This document shows positions 34,001 to 41,662 of a DNA stretch of 57,197 bases, piece by piece. The position numbers and the translations under genes were made by a program. This DNA comes from an uncultured archaeon. GTDB lineage: Archaea; Aenigmatarchaeota; Aenigmatarchaeia; QMZP01; QMZT01. The stretch covers positions 73,526 to 130,722 of the forward strand of contig CAZTJN010000002.1 in assembly GCA_964613955.1 (NCBI GenBank), in the 5' to 3' direction. The notes beneath the pieces were generated by a model. That model was given only the letters and a program-made list of their open reading frames with translations, was not told the origin of the DNA and did not search any database. The stretch's first letter is position 1. Each line of letters starts with the position of its first letter.

Positions 34001-34866
34001 TAGCCTTTTCCCGTCAATTCCGACGTCATGTATGTAATTTTCAGATATCCGCCGCCTATGTAATTGTTTTTGCCTTCAGTGAAATTTATGTTAACAGTGT
34101 TGTTTCCCCCTCCGAAATATGAACAATATGAAGGATTCACAGTCTTAGAACAAACAACCCACTTGTCTGAAGAAAAATTGGCGGCAGTTTTATTGTAGAA
34201 ACCGGCGTTTTGCCCGTTCACCCACAATGTGAAATTTCCGCCTGCATTCATTTCAAGGTAAACGTTCGTAACATTCGCATCCTCAGGCAGCGTCGTGAAC
34301 CTTGTTATGTTGCCATCCCCGACATACCCCCCGAAGTAAACGAAGTTCGTTCCTGTTTTCCTTGTTTTTGTCATGTAAACCTTTGCCACGTAGCCGTTGA
34401 CGGGCTTCGTTTTTTCATAGCCCGAAACTATTGTATTGAGTCTTGTTACGTAATCAGCATTAACAGAACCATTCCTGTATACGCTTTCATTGTTGATCAG
34501 AATCTCGAATCCGTATACGGTGTTGTTGAGGAGAAGGGAAATGACACCCCTGGTAAGGTTTTCCGCGTACGATTTATTCCCCGCTGCCCAGAACGAGCCT
34601 ACGACATCAAGAATCGTCCTGTTCATGTCCTCGTCGTTCAGAACCCCCTGACTGAGATAATTCTGGACCTCCGGAAGGAATGAAACGGATTCCATTTTGG
34701 TTTTTTCGAAGAGCGTCACAGTATCCTTTCCTGCATAATAAAATCTCTGGTAGCGGAGATCAGGAGAGGAATACGTGTGCGACAATCCCACCAAAAATGT
34801 CGACACGAGCAGCAGGAGACTTATCGCAACCAGCGCATCCATAGACAGAAGGAAGCCGTTTCTCAT
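31090..34866 (-). CDS. Giant pilin-like secreted adhesin with a von Willebrand A domain interrupted by ~330 aa of beta-sandwich modules
   Basis: 1258 aa. The N-terminus MRNGFLLSMDALVAISLLLLV is prepilin-like. The MIDAS motif DVSGS is at res ~414-418, the vWA continues to ~510, and the vWA strand AVLVMSDGYAN sits at ~850-860. Between them lie lectin/jelly-roll-like segments (YFRKHFDI..GELHVLSDDNAEVYLNG; FYDDFEG..NLTLSYWWRM..FYVDDVKI). Sequons and paired Cys residues are numerous. Confidence 0.85.
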   Translation of the reverse strand: MRNGFLLSMDALVAISLLLLVSTFLVGLSHTYSSPDLRYQRFYYAGKDTVTLFEKTKMESVSFLPEVQNYLSQGVLNDEDMNRTILDVVGSFWAAGNKSYAENLTRGVISLLLNNTVYGFEILINNESVYRNGSVNADYVTRLNTIVSGYEKTKPVNGYVAKVYMTKTRKTGTNFVYFGGYVGDGNITRFTTLPEDANVTNVYLEMNAGGNFTLWVNGQNAGFYNKTAANFSSDKWVVCSKTVNPSYCSYFGGGNNTVNINFTEGKNNYIGGGYLKITYMTSELTGKGYVYGGGTSEKRYWFPGVKGLINLYSSFYVPGTLKNISIRLHYKNNLSLNNQGIPVYLIIGSEEMMRSNTTGEINLYIPDENISEIFGGKENLTKILSNATIPLRFGTETFAFISGEGTSDSVLITDVSGSMSTCDVESECTGGICDTTPICHRNRINVAKDVDKEFVSTILNYTGNRVGLVNYTTRVVGVHPMSNDSNSLYSHINGYYDDSATCISCGIASAVNLLDTSKIVKTVIHSNSLWLYNTSYPSAEPPNDINGTHWTSHNYSDTEWSEGQAILGFENNPYPPNVQTDIGNNGGNYYFRKHFDIEDPSLIDSGELHVLSDDNAEVYLNGHLINNDTREHQAEYWNKGGVVFYDDFEGYYTGGANRLYYDEINRSPGYWIADGTPSDDKEVFLMADYPGYPAHSGTDVLVFRDMDSYGYAEKSINLSGKSNLTLSYWWRMGDNPVETSEYSDVWIWDGGWKRLRRYSSNHNYNEYNHEEIDLSGYSMIDNFTIRFGSRSSLDSERFYVDDVKIRERIPVDRSYFRKGDNVIAVKLRNNDNENAKFGLELNYTMKRYEAVLVMSDGYANRCVPGYYCPSGIDASDQSIEKACEARENHSIQVYSVAFGSGADNETLKRIACWNCSANDWIPDCNKYYNSSNAESLKKIYRDIANDIANATYQAQIFNVSGNVSLNNILYPDSFISFNYTPVVRTMEYGELTLNFESPRLRDSTGEAMITDNETGTKEGWFTIPGNTEVVTKVLDSKITSYSSYYWTDRLWVNSSNTPNQNWTRVYWLGNYSDKYEGLGDPYIVQIPPNLLEPGGNNSFRIGTGLHPSLQDGLGASPDDRVIYTLGITGVGLTEYSDVFPKAKGSSPTIYYDSDGDNIPESSVTVEVGVDPSDVFDPENDSIDNGFMKLMDKINFMADQNPAVVNMEHNETGPTGNGDGSYSNPIDLEVTEEVKFQSDFISQIPSMWGPAVMEVRIWK

Positions 34867-34929
34867 GTATTAATATTTAAAAGCAGATAAAATAAATATC
34901 AAACAAGTAAAAGCCAAAGGTGGTTTTGT

Positions 34930-35550
34930 ATGGATTTCAGGAAGTTCATAATGTCCAAATTCGGGAAGGATATATTTTCCATAAAAGAAGATGACATAGT
35001 AAAGGAAAGGGTAAAGGTTGAAAAGGAAATCGAAAAAATTTCAGATGATTTGAAGGGCATACAGGAGAAAATTCAGAAGTTGATGCTCGAGGCCAAAGGC
35101 CAGCCGAACACATTGAAAATGCTCAATGTCCAGAAGATAAAAGCCCTGCGCTTGGAATCCCGGACGAAACAGATGGAGGCTTCTCACTATCTTGCCCAAA
35201 TGCAGTTGCTGCTGCTCGTAGAAGCCATGAAGGAGAGGGAAAAAGAAGAGAAAATATCGAAAATAACCGAGGATATCCTCAACTCAGACGTGGACAAACT
35301 TAACAGGGTTCTTATGGACACGGATGTTAAAGAGGCTCTGAGGGAAGGGAGACTTGACCTCGTAAAGGAAAAACTCGAAAGGGTCTTCGGCAAGGAAGAA
35401 ATGCTTGTTGACGGGGAATCCCAAGAACTCATAGCAGCCATAAATGATCTAGAGAAAGTAGATCAGGAAACCGCTCTGAAGATGGCAGGAGAAAAGGCAA
35501 AAGAACTCTCAGAAGAGCCCATTAAAAAGGAAGAGAAAGAAGAGGAGTGA
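34930..35550 (+). CDS. ESCRT-III (Snf7/CdvB)-like coiled-coil protein
   Basis: 206 aa and all-helical by composition. The N-terminal half is basic and the tail acidic (EEPIKKEEKEEE). A Snf7-like heptad core is present (IQKLMLEAKGQPNTLKMLNVQKIKALRLESRTKQMEA). The call relies strongly on the adjacent Vps4-like gene. Confidence 0.5.
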   Translation: MDFRKFIMSKFGKDIFSIKEDDIVKERVKVEKEIEKISDDLKGIQEKIQKLMLEAKGQPNTLKMLNVQKIKALRLESRTKQMEASHYLAQMQLLLLVEAMKEREKEEKISKITEDILNSDVDKLNRVLMDTDVKEALREGRLDLVKEKLERVFGKEEMLVDGESQELIAAINDLEKVDQETALKMAGEKAKELSEEPIKKEEKEEE

Positions 35551-35595
35551 CGTAATTTTTCGTTTTTTAAACCTTGAGCTTATTTAAATAATATA

Positions 35596-36729
35596 GTGGT
35601 TTCTATGGGAGAACTCAGGAACAACCTTCTAAGACAGCAGCTCCAGCATGAGATAGATATTGCCAAGAAGCTGGAATCAAAGGGCAAATCTGACGAGGCT
35701 GTTGCCCATTACAAGCGGGCAGCGTCCATATACAGAAGACTTGCCTACGTCGCTCCCCGGGAACATGCTGAATCCTTCTTCAATTCTGCCTCACAATACG
35801 AGACGATGTCAAATGCCCTGAAATCCGCAACCTCTGAGAAAAGGGCAGAATCACCTGAGCTAATAGAAAGCATGATAATATCCGAGAGGCCCACAACTAC
35901 ATGGGAAGACATAGGAGGCCTGTCAGAGGTCAAGAAGGTGATCAAGGAAGCGATAATACTCCCATTCATAGGCAACAAACCAGCCTTTGTTGAGTCTCCC
36001 AGAACCATTCTCCTCTACGGCCCGCCAGGAACAGGAAAAACACTTCTGGCGAAGGCGGCCAGCAACACTCTGAATGCAGCATTCTTTGAGGCCCGGACAT
36101 CAAGTCTGCTTTCAAAATACTTTGGAGAATCCTCAAAGATAATAAGCATGCTTTTCGAGAAGGCCCGCAAGAGCCAGCCCTCCCTGATATTCATGGACGA
36201 GTTTGACTCGATAATGATAAGCAGGGATTCAGGCATCCAGGAGTCCACAAGAAGGGTTGTTGGCCAGCTTCTTACGGAAATAGAAGGCTTCAACACGAGA
36301 TCCGAAGATAAGATACTGCTGATAGCCGCGACCAACAAACCGTGGGACCTTGACGATGCAATGGTTTCTCGGTTTCAGAGAAAGGTCTACGTTCCCCTTC
36401 CTGACAAAGCCTCCCGGAAGCGAATATTCGAAATACACCTCAAGGGCTGCGTTCTTCATGGCATAACATTTGAAAAACTCGCTGAGATGAGCGAAGGCTA
36501 TTCGGGAAGGGATATAGCTAACGTGTGCAGGGAAGCGGTAATGTTCATGGTCCGCGAACAAAACCCCAAGCTTCAGGAGCTAACACCCGCACAGATAGAA
36601 AATTATGCAATGAACTACAGATCGCTTACCAATGAGGATTTTGAAGAGGCCTTCGGGAAGATAAAGTCTTCCGTGAACCCCGAGACGATAAAGAGATATG
36701 AGGAATGGGGCAGGGAACTTGGGATGTAG
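35596..36729 (+). CDS. vps4: Vps4/CdvC-like AAA+ ATPase with an N-terminal MIT domain
   Basis: MIT-like three-helix N-terminus (IDIAKKLESKGKSDEAVAHYKRAASIYRRL). One AAA module is present (LLYGPPGTGKTLLAKA, IFMDEFD, ATNKPWDLDDAMVSRF). A Vps4-type C-terminal helix is present (IKRYEEWGRELG). The track start at 35596 is a GTG. An ATG at 35605 is equally plausible. Confidence 0.85.
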   Translation: MVSMGELRNNLLRQQLQHEIDIAKKLESKGKSDEAVAHYKRAASIYRRLAYVAPREHAESFFNSASQYETMSNALKSATSEKRAESPELIESMIISERPTTTWEDIGGLSEVKKVIKEAIILPFIGNKPAFVESPRTILLYGPPGTGKTLLAKAASNTLNAAFFEARTSSLLSKYFGESSKIISMLFEKARKSQPSLIFMDEFDSIMISRDSGIQESTRRVVGQLLTEIEGFNTRSEDKILLIAATNKPWDLDDAMVSRFQRKVYVPLPDKASRKRIFEIHLKGCVLHGITFEKLAEMSEGYSGRDIANVCREAVMFMVREQNPKLQELTPAQIENYAMNYRSLTNEDFEEAFGKIKSSVNPETIKRYEEWGRELGM

Positions 36730-36741
36730 TATCGTGATTCA

Positions 36742-38454
36742 ATGATATCCAAAGAAGAAAAAAAGTTGGGCAGGGAACTTAACAGGGTTCTGAAAGACGC
36801 TGAGAGAAGCGTCAGGAAGGAAAACTACGAAAATGCGGCAGCCCTTTACAAAAAGGCATCCCTGATTGCACATAAAATAGGTGACAGGCGTTCAATAGAC
36901 TACGCTCTGGAAGCCGTGAAATACAACCTCAAGATAAAGAAATATTTCAATGTGGGCTGGTCCTACAGAAACGCTGCCATGTTTTCTAAGGATTTCAAGG
37001 ACCTTAACAATGCTGTGAACTTCTCCTTGAAGGCCATCCCCTATTTTTCGAGGGTCAACTCTTTGTATGCTGTTCAATGGTGTTACAATCTGGCCGGTGA
37101 GGCGAGCGAGGAGATGAAGGATTACCTGACGGCAGCCAAATATTACAGGAAATCGCTTGAAATAGAAAGGAAGAAGGAGGTGGAAAAGAAACTGGATCGC
37201 ATACTCAAGGAAATTCCCCACCCAACGGTAGAGCAATACCCAGAAAGGAGAAAGGCAAAGGAAGGGGAAGATGTTGTTTTCGGGATAAAAATAAGGAACG
37301 AATCTCCGGTAGCGCTCGAAGACCTTTGCCTTTTAAACAATGAAAACGAAAAGCTCTGCTCTCTGGACAGAATCGGACCCGGGGAGGAAAAAACACTTTC
37401 TTTAAAGGTCATGGCAGAAAATGTCGGGTCGCTTCCGTCTCCCGTGGCCAAGGTTCAGTGGAAGACCAAGGGGAAGGAATTCACTGATGATGTTGAACCT
37501 GTCGAAATACCATTAAAACCAAACATCGAAATAAAACCCTATATGAAAAACAAGCCCGGGGTAGGGCAATATTCGTATTTTGTGATCTCTGTCAAGAATA
37601 ACTCACCAAACCCCATCACCAACGTGAAACTTAACGTGAACTTCCCATTGGAGTTTGAGGTAAAACCCATAACTGGCTACAGTTTCGATGAAATTCTCGG
37701 GAATGAGGAGAAAGGTTTTGTCTTCAAGATTCTGCCAACGATAGTCGGGAAAACCCGAATAAGCCCGGAAATTGTCTTCAAGGATACAAACGGGGAAGAG
37801 CATGAGATACGAACGTCTTTCATTCTGGAAGAAATACTCGAACCTCCGAAGGACATGGATATAGCAAAAGTCACATCCAAACCTCCATCCAAGGAGAGTC
37901 TGGAAACAACCAAAAAAGCCCAGGAATTCAAGAGATATCTCAGTTCTGTAATGGTCCCCTTGGAAATATCAGAACCTGAATACGTTTCCCTTGCCAAAAG
38001 ATTGCATTATGTCATCAAGGGATACACGTTGAAAGATATAGACATCGAAACAGTTTCGAAGCACGTACTCGAAGAGTGCAAATGCATCAAACTCGCCGGG
38101 ACACACAAGTTAAAAGATGAGGCGCTCTACCTTTTTTCAGGTGAATCAATAAAGGAGAAAAGAATCTACCTGCTTACGGTAGTCGTCAAACAAGAAGGTA
38201 AATTCGTCCATTTGGCGTTCAAACTTCATTCAGACAGAAGGGAGAATCTTGAAGAATTGGTTTCGAAGATTGCGGAGGTAATAAAACATGCCATAGTGAT
38301 AATGAGTTTGGCGACAGAAGTCGAAAAGATCGAAGTCAAGAAAACCATAAACATAATAGATTCTATTGTTCAGAGATCAGATATAGGGACGGGTGAGGGT
38401 GAAGATAAAGAAATAAATGTGAAAGATTCTGTGGTTCAGAGAACTGAGCTCTGA
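36742..38454 (+). CDS. TPR-like + tandem beta-sandwich (CARDB/DUF11-like) protein with C-terminal VVQR(S/T) short repeats
   Basis: 570 aa, starting 12 nt after the vps4-like stop. TPR-like helices occupy res ~20-150. Two beta-sandwich-like segments are GEDVVFGIKIRNESP.. and YFVISVKNNSPNPITNVKLNV... The C-terminus has IDSIVQRSDIG / VKDSVVQRTEL. I saw no signal peptide. Confidence 0.7.
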   Translation: MISKEEKKLGRELNRVLKDAERSVRKENYENAAALYKKASLIAHKIGDRRSIDYALEAVKYNLKIKKYFNVGWSYRNAAMFSKDFKDLNNAVNFSLKAIPYFSRVNSLYAVQWCYNLAGEASEEMKDYLTAAKYYRKSLEIERKKEVEKKLDRILKEIPHPTVEQYPERRKAKEGEDVVFGIKIRNESPVALEDLCLLNNENEKLCSLDRIGPGEEKTLSLKVMAENVGSLPSPVAKVQWKTKGKEFTDDVEPVEIPLKPNIEIKPYMKNKPGVGQYSYFVISVKNNSPNPITNVKLNVNFPLEFEVKPITGYSFDEILGNEEKGFVFKILPTIVGKTRISPEIVFKDTNGEEHEIRTSFILEEILEPPKDMDIAKVTSKPPSKESLETTKKAQEFKRYLSSVMVPLEISEPEYVSLAKRLHYVIKGYTLKDIDIETVSKHVLEECKCIKLAGTHKLKDEALYLFSGESIKEKRIYLLTVVVKQEGKFVHLAFKLHSDRRENLEELVSKIAEVIKHAIVIMSLATEVEKIEVKKTINIIDSIVQRSDIGTGEGEDKEINVKDSVVQRTEL

Positions 38455-38455
38455 A

Positions 38456-38722
38456 TTATTTCTTCTTTTTGGGTTTTTCTTTCTCCGGCTCTTCAAATTC
38501 TGCTGATGATTTGAGTTCATCCGCCTCTAACCAGACCACAAAAAGGCCTATCAGTATCAGGAATATGGGTATTATCCCTGTCAAGACCACTATGAAGTTT
38601 CCTAGCCAGTCAACTGGTATCAGCGGGTTGCTGCCGAAAAGCGGATACACCGAATCAACGAACAGACCCAGGCCGATCAGTATAAGGATCAACCCTATTA
38701 CTATCTTAACAGCTGCATGCAT
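38456..38722 (-). CDS. Small two-TM membrane protein with an acidic/Lys-rich tail
   Basis: 88 aa with two hydrophobic helices (ILILIGLGLFV, FLILIGLFVVW) and the tail EEPEKEKPKKKK. Confidence 0.5.
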   Translation of the reverse strand: MHAAVKIVIGLILILIGLGLFVDSVYPLFGSNPLIPVDWLGNFIVVLTGIIPIFLILIGLFVVWLEADELKSSAEFEEPEKEKPKKKK

Positions 38723-38831
38723 GATTCCACCTTAATGATTATTTAACTCTTGAATCTATTTATATATTTTGTGTTCGATAATTATTAATACTTTAGGTCC
38801 GTTGAAAGTTTTGCCGAAACAGAGTGATTTT

Positions 38832-39341
38832 ATGAGGCTTGCTGGTGTATGGAAGAAGCCAAGGGAAACGCTTGGAAAGGCATGGAAGGAAAGAATGGTT
38901 CAGTGGAGGAAGGAAACGACAGTCAAAAAAATCGACAGGCCCACGAGGCCCGATAAGGCAAGATCGCTCGGGTACAAGGCAAAGCAGGGCTTTGTTGTTG
39001 CTAGGGTCCGGGTAGGGAAAGGGAAGAGGAAGCGACCGAAGTTCAAGGGAGGAAGAGTTCCGAAGAAGATGGGAAGATTTTTCCCCCCAGGGAAATCAAA
39101 CCAGCTGAGAGGGGAGGAGAAAGCGGCAAGGAAGTTTCCCAATCTGGAGGTTCTTAATTCCTATTATGTTGGAGAGGACGGACAGTATGAGTGGTTCGAA
39201 GTCATTCTCCTCGACCCACAAAATCCGAATGTTTCGAAGGACGGGGAAAGGAAATGGATAAGCGAAGGGCAGCATAAAGGAAGGGTTTTTAGGAGCCTGA
39301 CGTCCTCAGGAAAGAGGATGCGAGGGCTGATAAAGAAATAA
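38832..39341 (+). CDS. rpl15e: 50S ribosomal protein L15e
   Basis: [34 protein letters not shown] is characteristic of L15e. I place the start at ATG 38832 after AGTGAT. The ORF track extends to 38769. Confidence 0.9.
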   Translation: MRLAGVWKKPRETLGKAWKERMVQWRKETTVKKIDRPTRPDKARSLGYKAKQGFVVARVRVGKGKRKRPKFKGGRVPKKMGRFFPPGKSNQLRGEEKAARKFPNLEVLNSYYVGEDGQYEWFEVILLDPQNPNVSKDGERKWISEGQHKGRVFRSLTSSGKRMRGLIKK

Positions 39342-39350
39342 AGCCGCACG

Positions 39351-40607
39351 TTATTTGTATTCACTTTCCTGCTTGTATTCGGACCTAACGGAATACTCGC
39401 TTTTTATTCCGTATTCACCTCCGATTTCTTCACCCCTTGAAAAATCAACAGTGTATTTTTCTTCTGCATACTCTTCCTCCACGCCCTTCTTAACTTCCAC
39501 TTCCCAACCTTCAAAGGCCTCCGGCCATTTGGCAGGAATTGTTGTTGATGTCGAAAACCTCCAGATTTCGTTTCCCTCAAGCGAAAGACAGTATAAATGA
39601 CAATCCCATGAGGTGAAATATAGGTGGTCATTCCATATCACGGGCCGCCAGAAAACATCGCCCCCTGTCTTGAAACGCCATATCTCCTTCCCATCGAGCG
39701 ATAAGCAATAGAAATTCGAATCGCCAGATCCTACATAAATCCTTTTGCTGTGAACAGCAGGGACGGCAACCACTTCACCCGTTTTAAACCTCCAAACCTC
39801 TTTCCCATCGGGGGTGAGCGCATACAAAATCCCTTCCCTAGAATGCTGATAGATAACATCATTTCGTATGTAAGGTGCGGAAGCCAGGCCATATTTTCCA
39901 GCTCTGAACCTCCATATCTCCTTGCCTGTTTCAGCGTCAACGGCATAAAGGAAATTGTCAAAGGAGGGAATGAAAACCATACCTTTGTAGACCTCCCCTG
40001 CATAAACATCATATATTTCCCCTCCTGTCTTGAACCTCCAGACCTCTTCGCCTGTTTTTGCATCCAGACAATAATAATTCCCATCAAAAGATCCTATGTA
40101 AATCCTTCCTTCATGGACGAGCGGGGTTGCGGCAATCCAGTCACCTGTTCGGAACTTCCATACCAGCGAAGAGTCCTTCTTATTTATGCAGTAAAGAAAA
40201 CCATCCTTTGAACCTATGTACACATACTCGCCTTCCATAGCAGCACATCCAAGGATTTCACCACCGGTTCTAAATTTCCAAATTTCCTTCCCGTTACGTA
40301 TATCTATTGCATACAAATTGCAGTCAAAAGAGCCTATGTACATGACATTTTCGAAAACAACGGGGGACGATTCCATTATCGGTCCGTTCGCCCTGAAACG
40401 CCAAACCTCTTCCCCGCTTTCTGCGTCCACGGCGTATATATTATGGTCCAGCGAACCAAAATAGACAATGCCGTTCACCAACGCTGGTTTTTGGTCTATG
40501 CTCCCTCCGAAACCTACCCGAAAAACCCTGTCAAATTTTCTTGTCTTCCTGACCTCGACATCCTCAAGTTCCATTTCGAAGTTTTCGAACGATATTCCGA
40601 AATCCAT
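39351..40607 (-). CDS. PQQ-like (BamB-type) beta-propeller repeat protein
   Basis: Eight or so repeats of the form G.iY.gs.D..lYa.D..tGkeiWrfktgg. There is no obvious signal peptide. The C-terminal tail has a low-complexity SEY(K/S) repeat. Confidence 0.85.
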   Translation of the reverse strand: MDFGISFENFEMELEDVEVRKTRKFDRVFRVGFGGSIDQKPALVNGIVYFGSLDHNIYAVDAESGEEVWRFRANGPIMESSPVVFENVMYIGSFDCNLYAIDIRNGKEIWKFRTGGEILGCAAMEGEYVYIGSKDGFLYCINKKDSSLVWKFRTGDWIAATPLVHEGRIYIGSFDGNYYCLDAKTGEEVWRFKTGGEIYDVYAGEVYKGMVFIPSFDNFLYAVDAETGKEIWRFRAGKYGLASAPYIRNDVIYQHSREGILYALTPDGKEVWRFKTGEVVAVPAVHSKRIYVGSGDSNFYCLSLDGKEIWRFKTGGDVFWRPVIWNDHLYFTSWDCHLYCLSLEGNEIWRFSTSTTIPAKWPEAFEGWEVEVKKGVEEEYAEEKYTVDFSRGEEIGGEYGIKSEYSVRSEYKQESEYK

Positions 40608-40660
40608 ACTAAAAAATAGAATGTTAAATACTAAATATATAATATTAATGAGGTGTTTGC

Positions 40661-41347
40661 ATGCGGATAGTCTTCAACATAGGCGGGTCGGTCTTCTGCC
40701 CTTCCGGTATGCCTGATATAGCTTATGTAAAGAAGTTCTCAAGATTTGTTTCTGCTCTTCGAAAAGGGAAGCACAAGATTCTTGTTGTCGTGGGTGGCGG
40801 TGGAATCGCAAGAAAGTACATAGAAGCCACAAGGAGTTTTAACCCTTCTGAAGATTTTCTTGATAGGATAGGGATACTCGGTACAAGAATGAATGCGATG
40901 GTTCTGATCGCTTCTCTCGGGAAGAACGCGTATGGAAAGGTGGTGAAGAACAAGGAGGAACTGGAACACGCGATGTCCTCGGGGAAGATCGTGGTGATGG
41001 GCGGGACTGTCCCCGGGCAGACGACGGACGCAGTCACAATTGCCGCGGCTGAACTTTTTAAGGCGGATTTAGTAATAATAGGAACAGACGTGGATGGTGT
41101 TTACGACAGGGACCCGAAAAAACACAAGAAGGCAAAACTCTTGGAAAACATGACGGTTGAAGGACTCCTCAGAGTAATCAAAACAAAGAAGCATGAGGCA
41201 AAACCAGTCGTCGTTATAGATCCTGTCGCTGTGGAGCTCCTGAGGGGCACGAAAACAAAGACAATAGTCCTAAACGGCAAAAAAATTGAAAACATGGAGA
41301 AGGCGATAGAAGGAAAAAAATTCGTCGGCACAACAATAGGTGGGTGA
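40661..41347 (+). CDS. pyrH: Uridylate (UMP) kinase, archaeal type
   Basis: MRIVFNIGGSVF..VVVGGGGIARKY..GTDVDGVYDRDP, in a 228-aa protein. Confidence 0.9.
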   Translation: MRIVFNIGGSVFCPSGMPDIAYVKKFSRFVSALRKGKHKILVVVGGGGIARKYIEATRSFNPSEDFLDRIGILGTRMNAMVLIASLGKNAYGKVVKNKEELEHAMSSGKIVVMGGTVPGQTTDAVTIAAAELFKADLVIIGTDVDGVYDRDPKKHKKAKLLENMTVEGLLRVIKTKKHEAKPVVVIDPVAVELLRGTKTKTIVLNGKKIENMEKAIEGKKFVGTTIGG

Positions 41348-41662
41348 ATGTACATAGTTGTCTTAATAACATGTCCTGACACGAAAGAGGCAGAGAAGAT
41401 TTCAAATATTCTGTTAAAGGACAGGCTGGCTGCATGCGTGAACATTGTTCCTGACCTGAAATCCCATTTCTGGTGGGCAGGCAGGCTCCACAACGCAGAA
41501 GAAGTTCTGCTCATTGTTAAAACCAAGGAGAAGCTTCTGAGGGAAGTGGTGAGCATTGTCAAGAAGCACCATCAGTACGAAAACCCCGAGGTCATCGCTC
41601 TGCCGATAATAGGAGGGTCCAAGGAATATACAAGATGGATAGATGAGGAGACGAAAATATGA
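41348..41662 (+). CDS. cutA: CutA divalent-cation tolerance protein
   Basis: 104 aa. AEKISNILLKDRLAACVNIVP..SHFWWAGRL..EEVLLIVKT matches the CutA1 pattern. Confidence 0.85.
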   Translation: MYIVVLITCPDTKEAEKISNILLKDRLAACVNIVPDLKSHFWWAGRLHNAEEVLLIVKTKEKLLREVVSIVKKHHQYENPEVIALPIIGGSKEYTRWIDEETKI

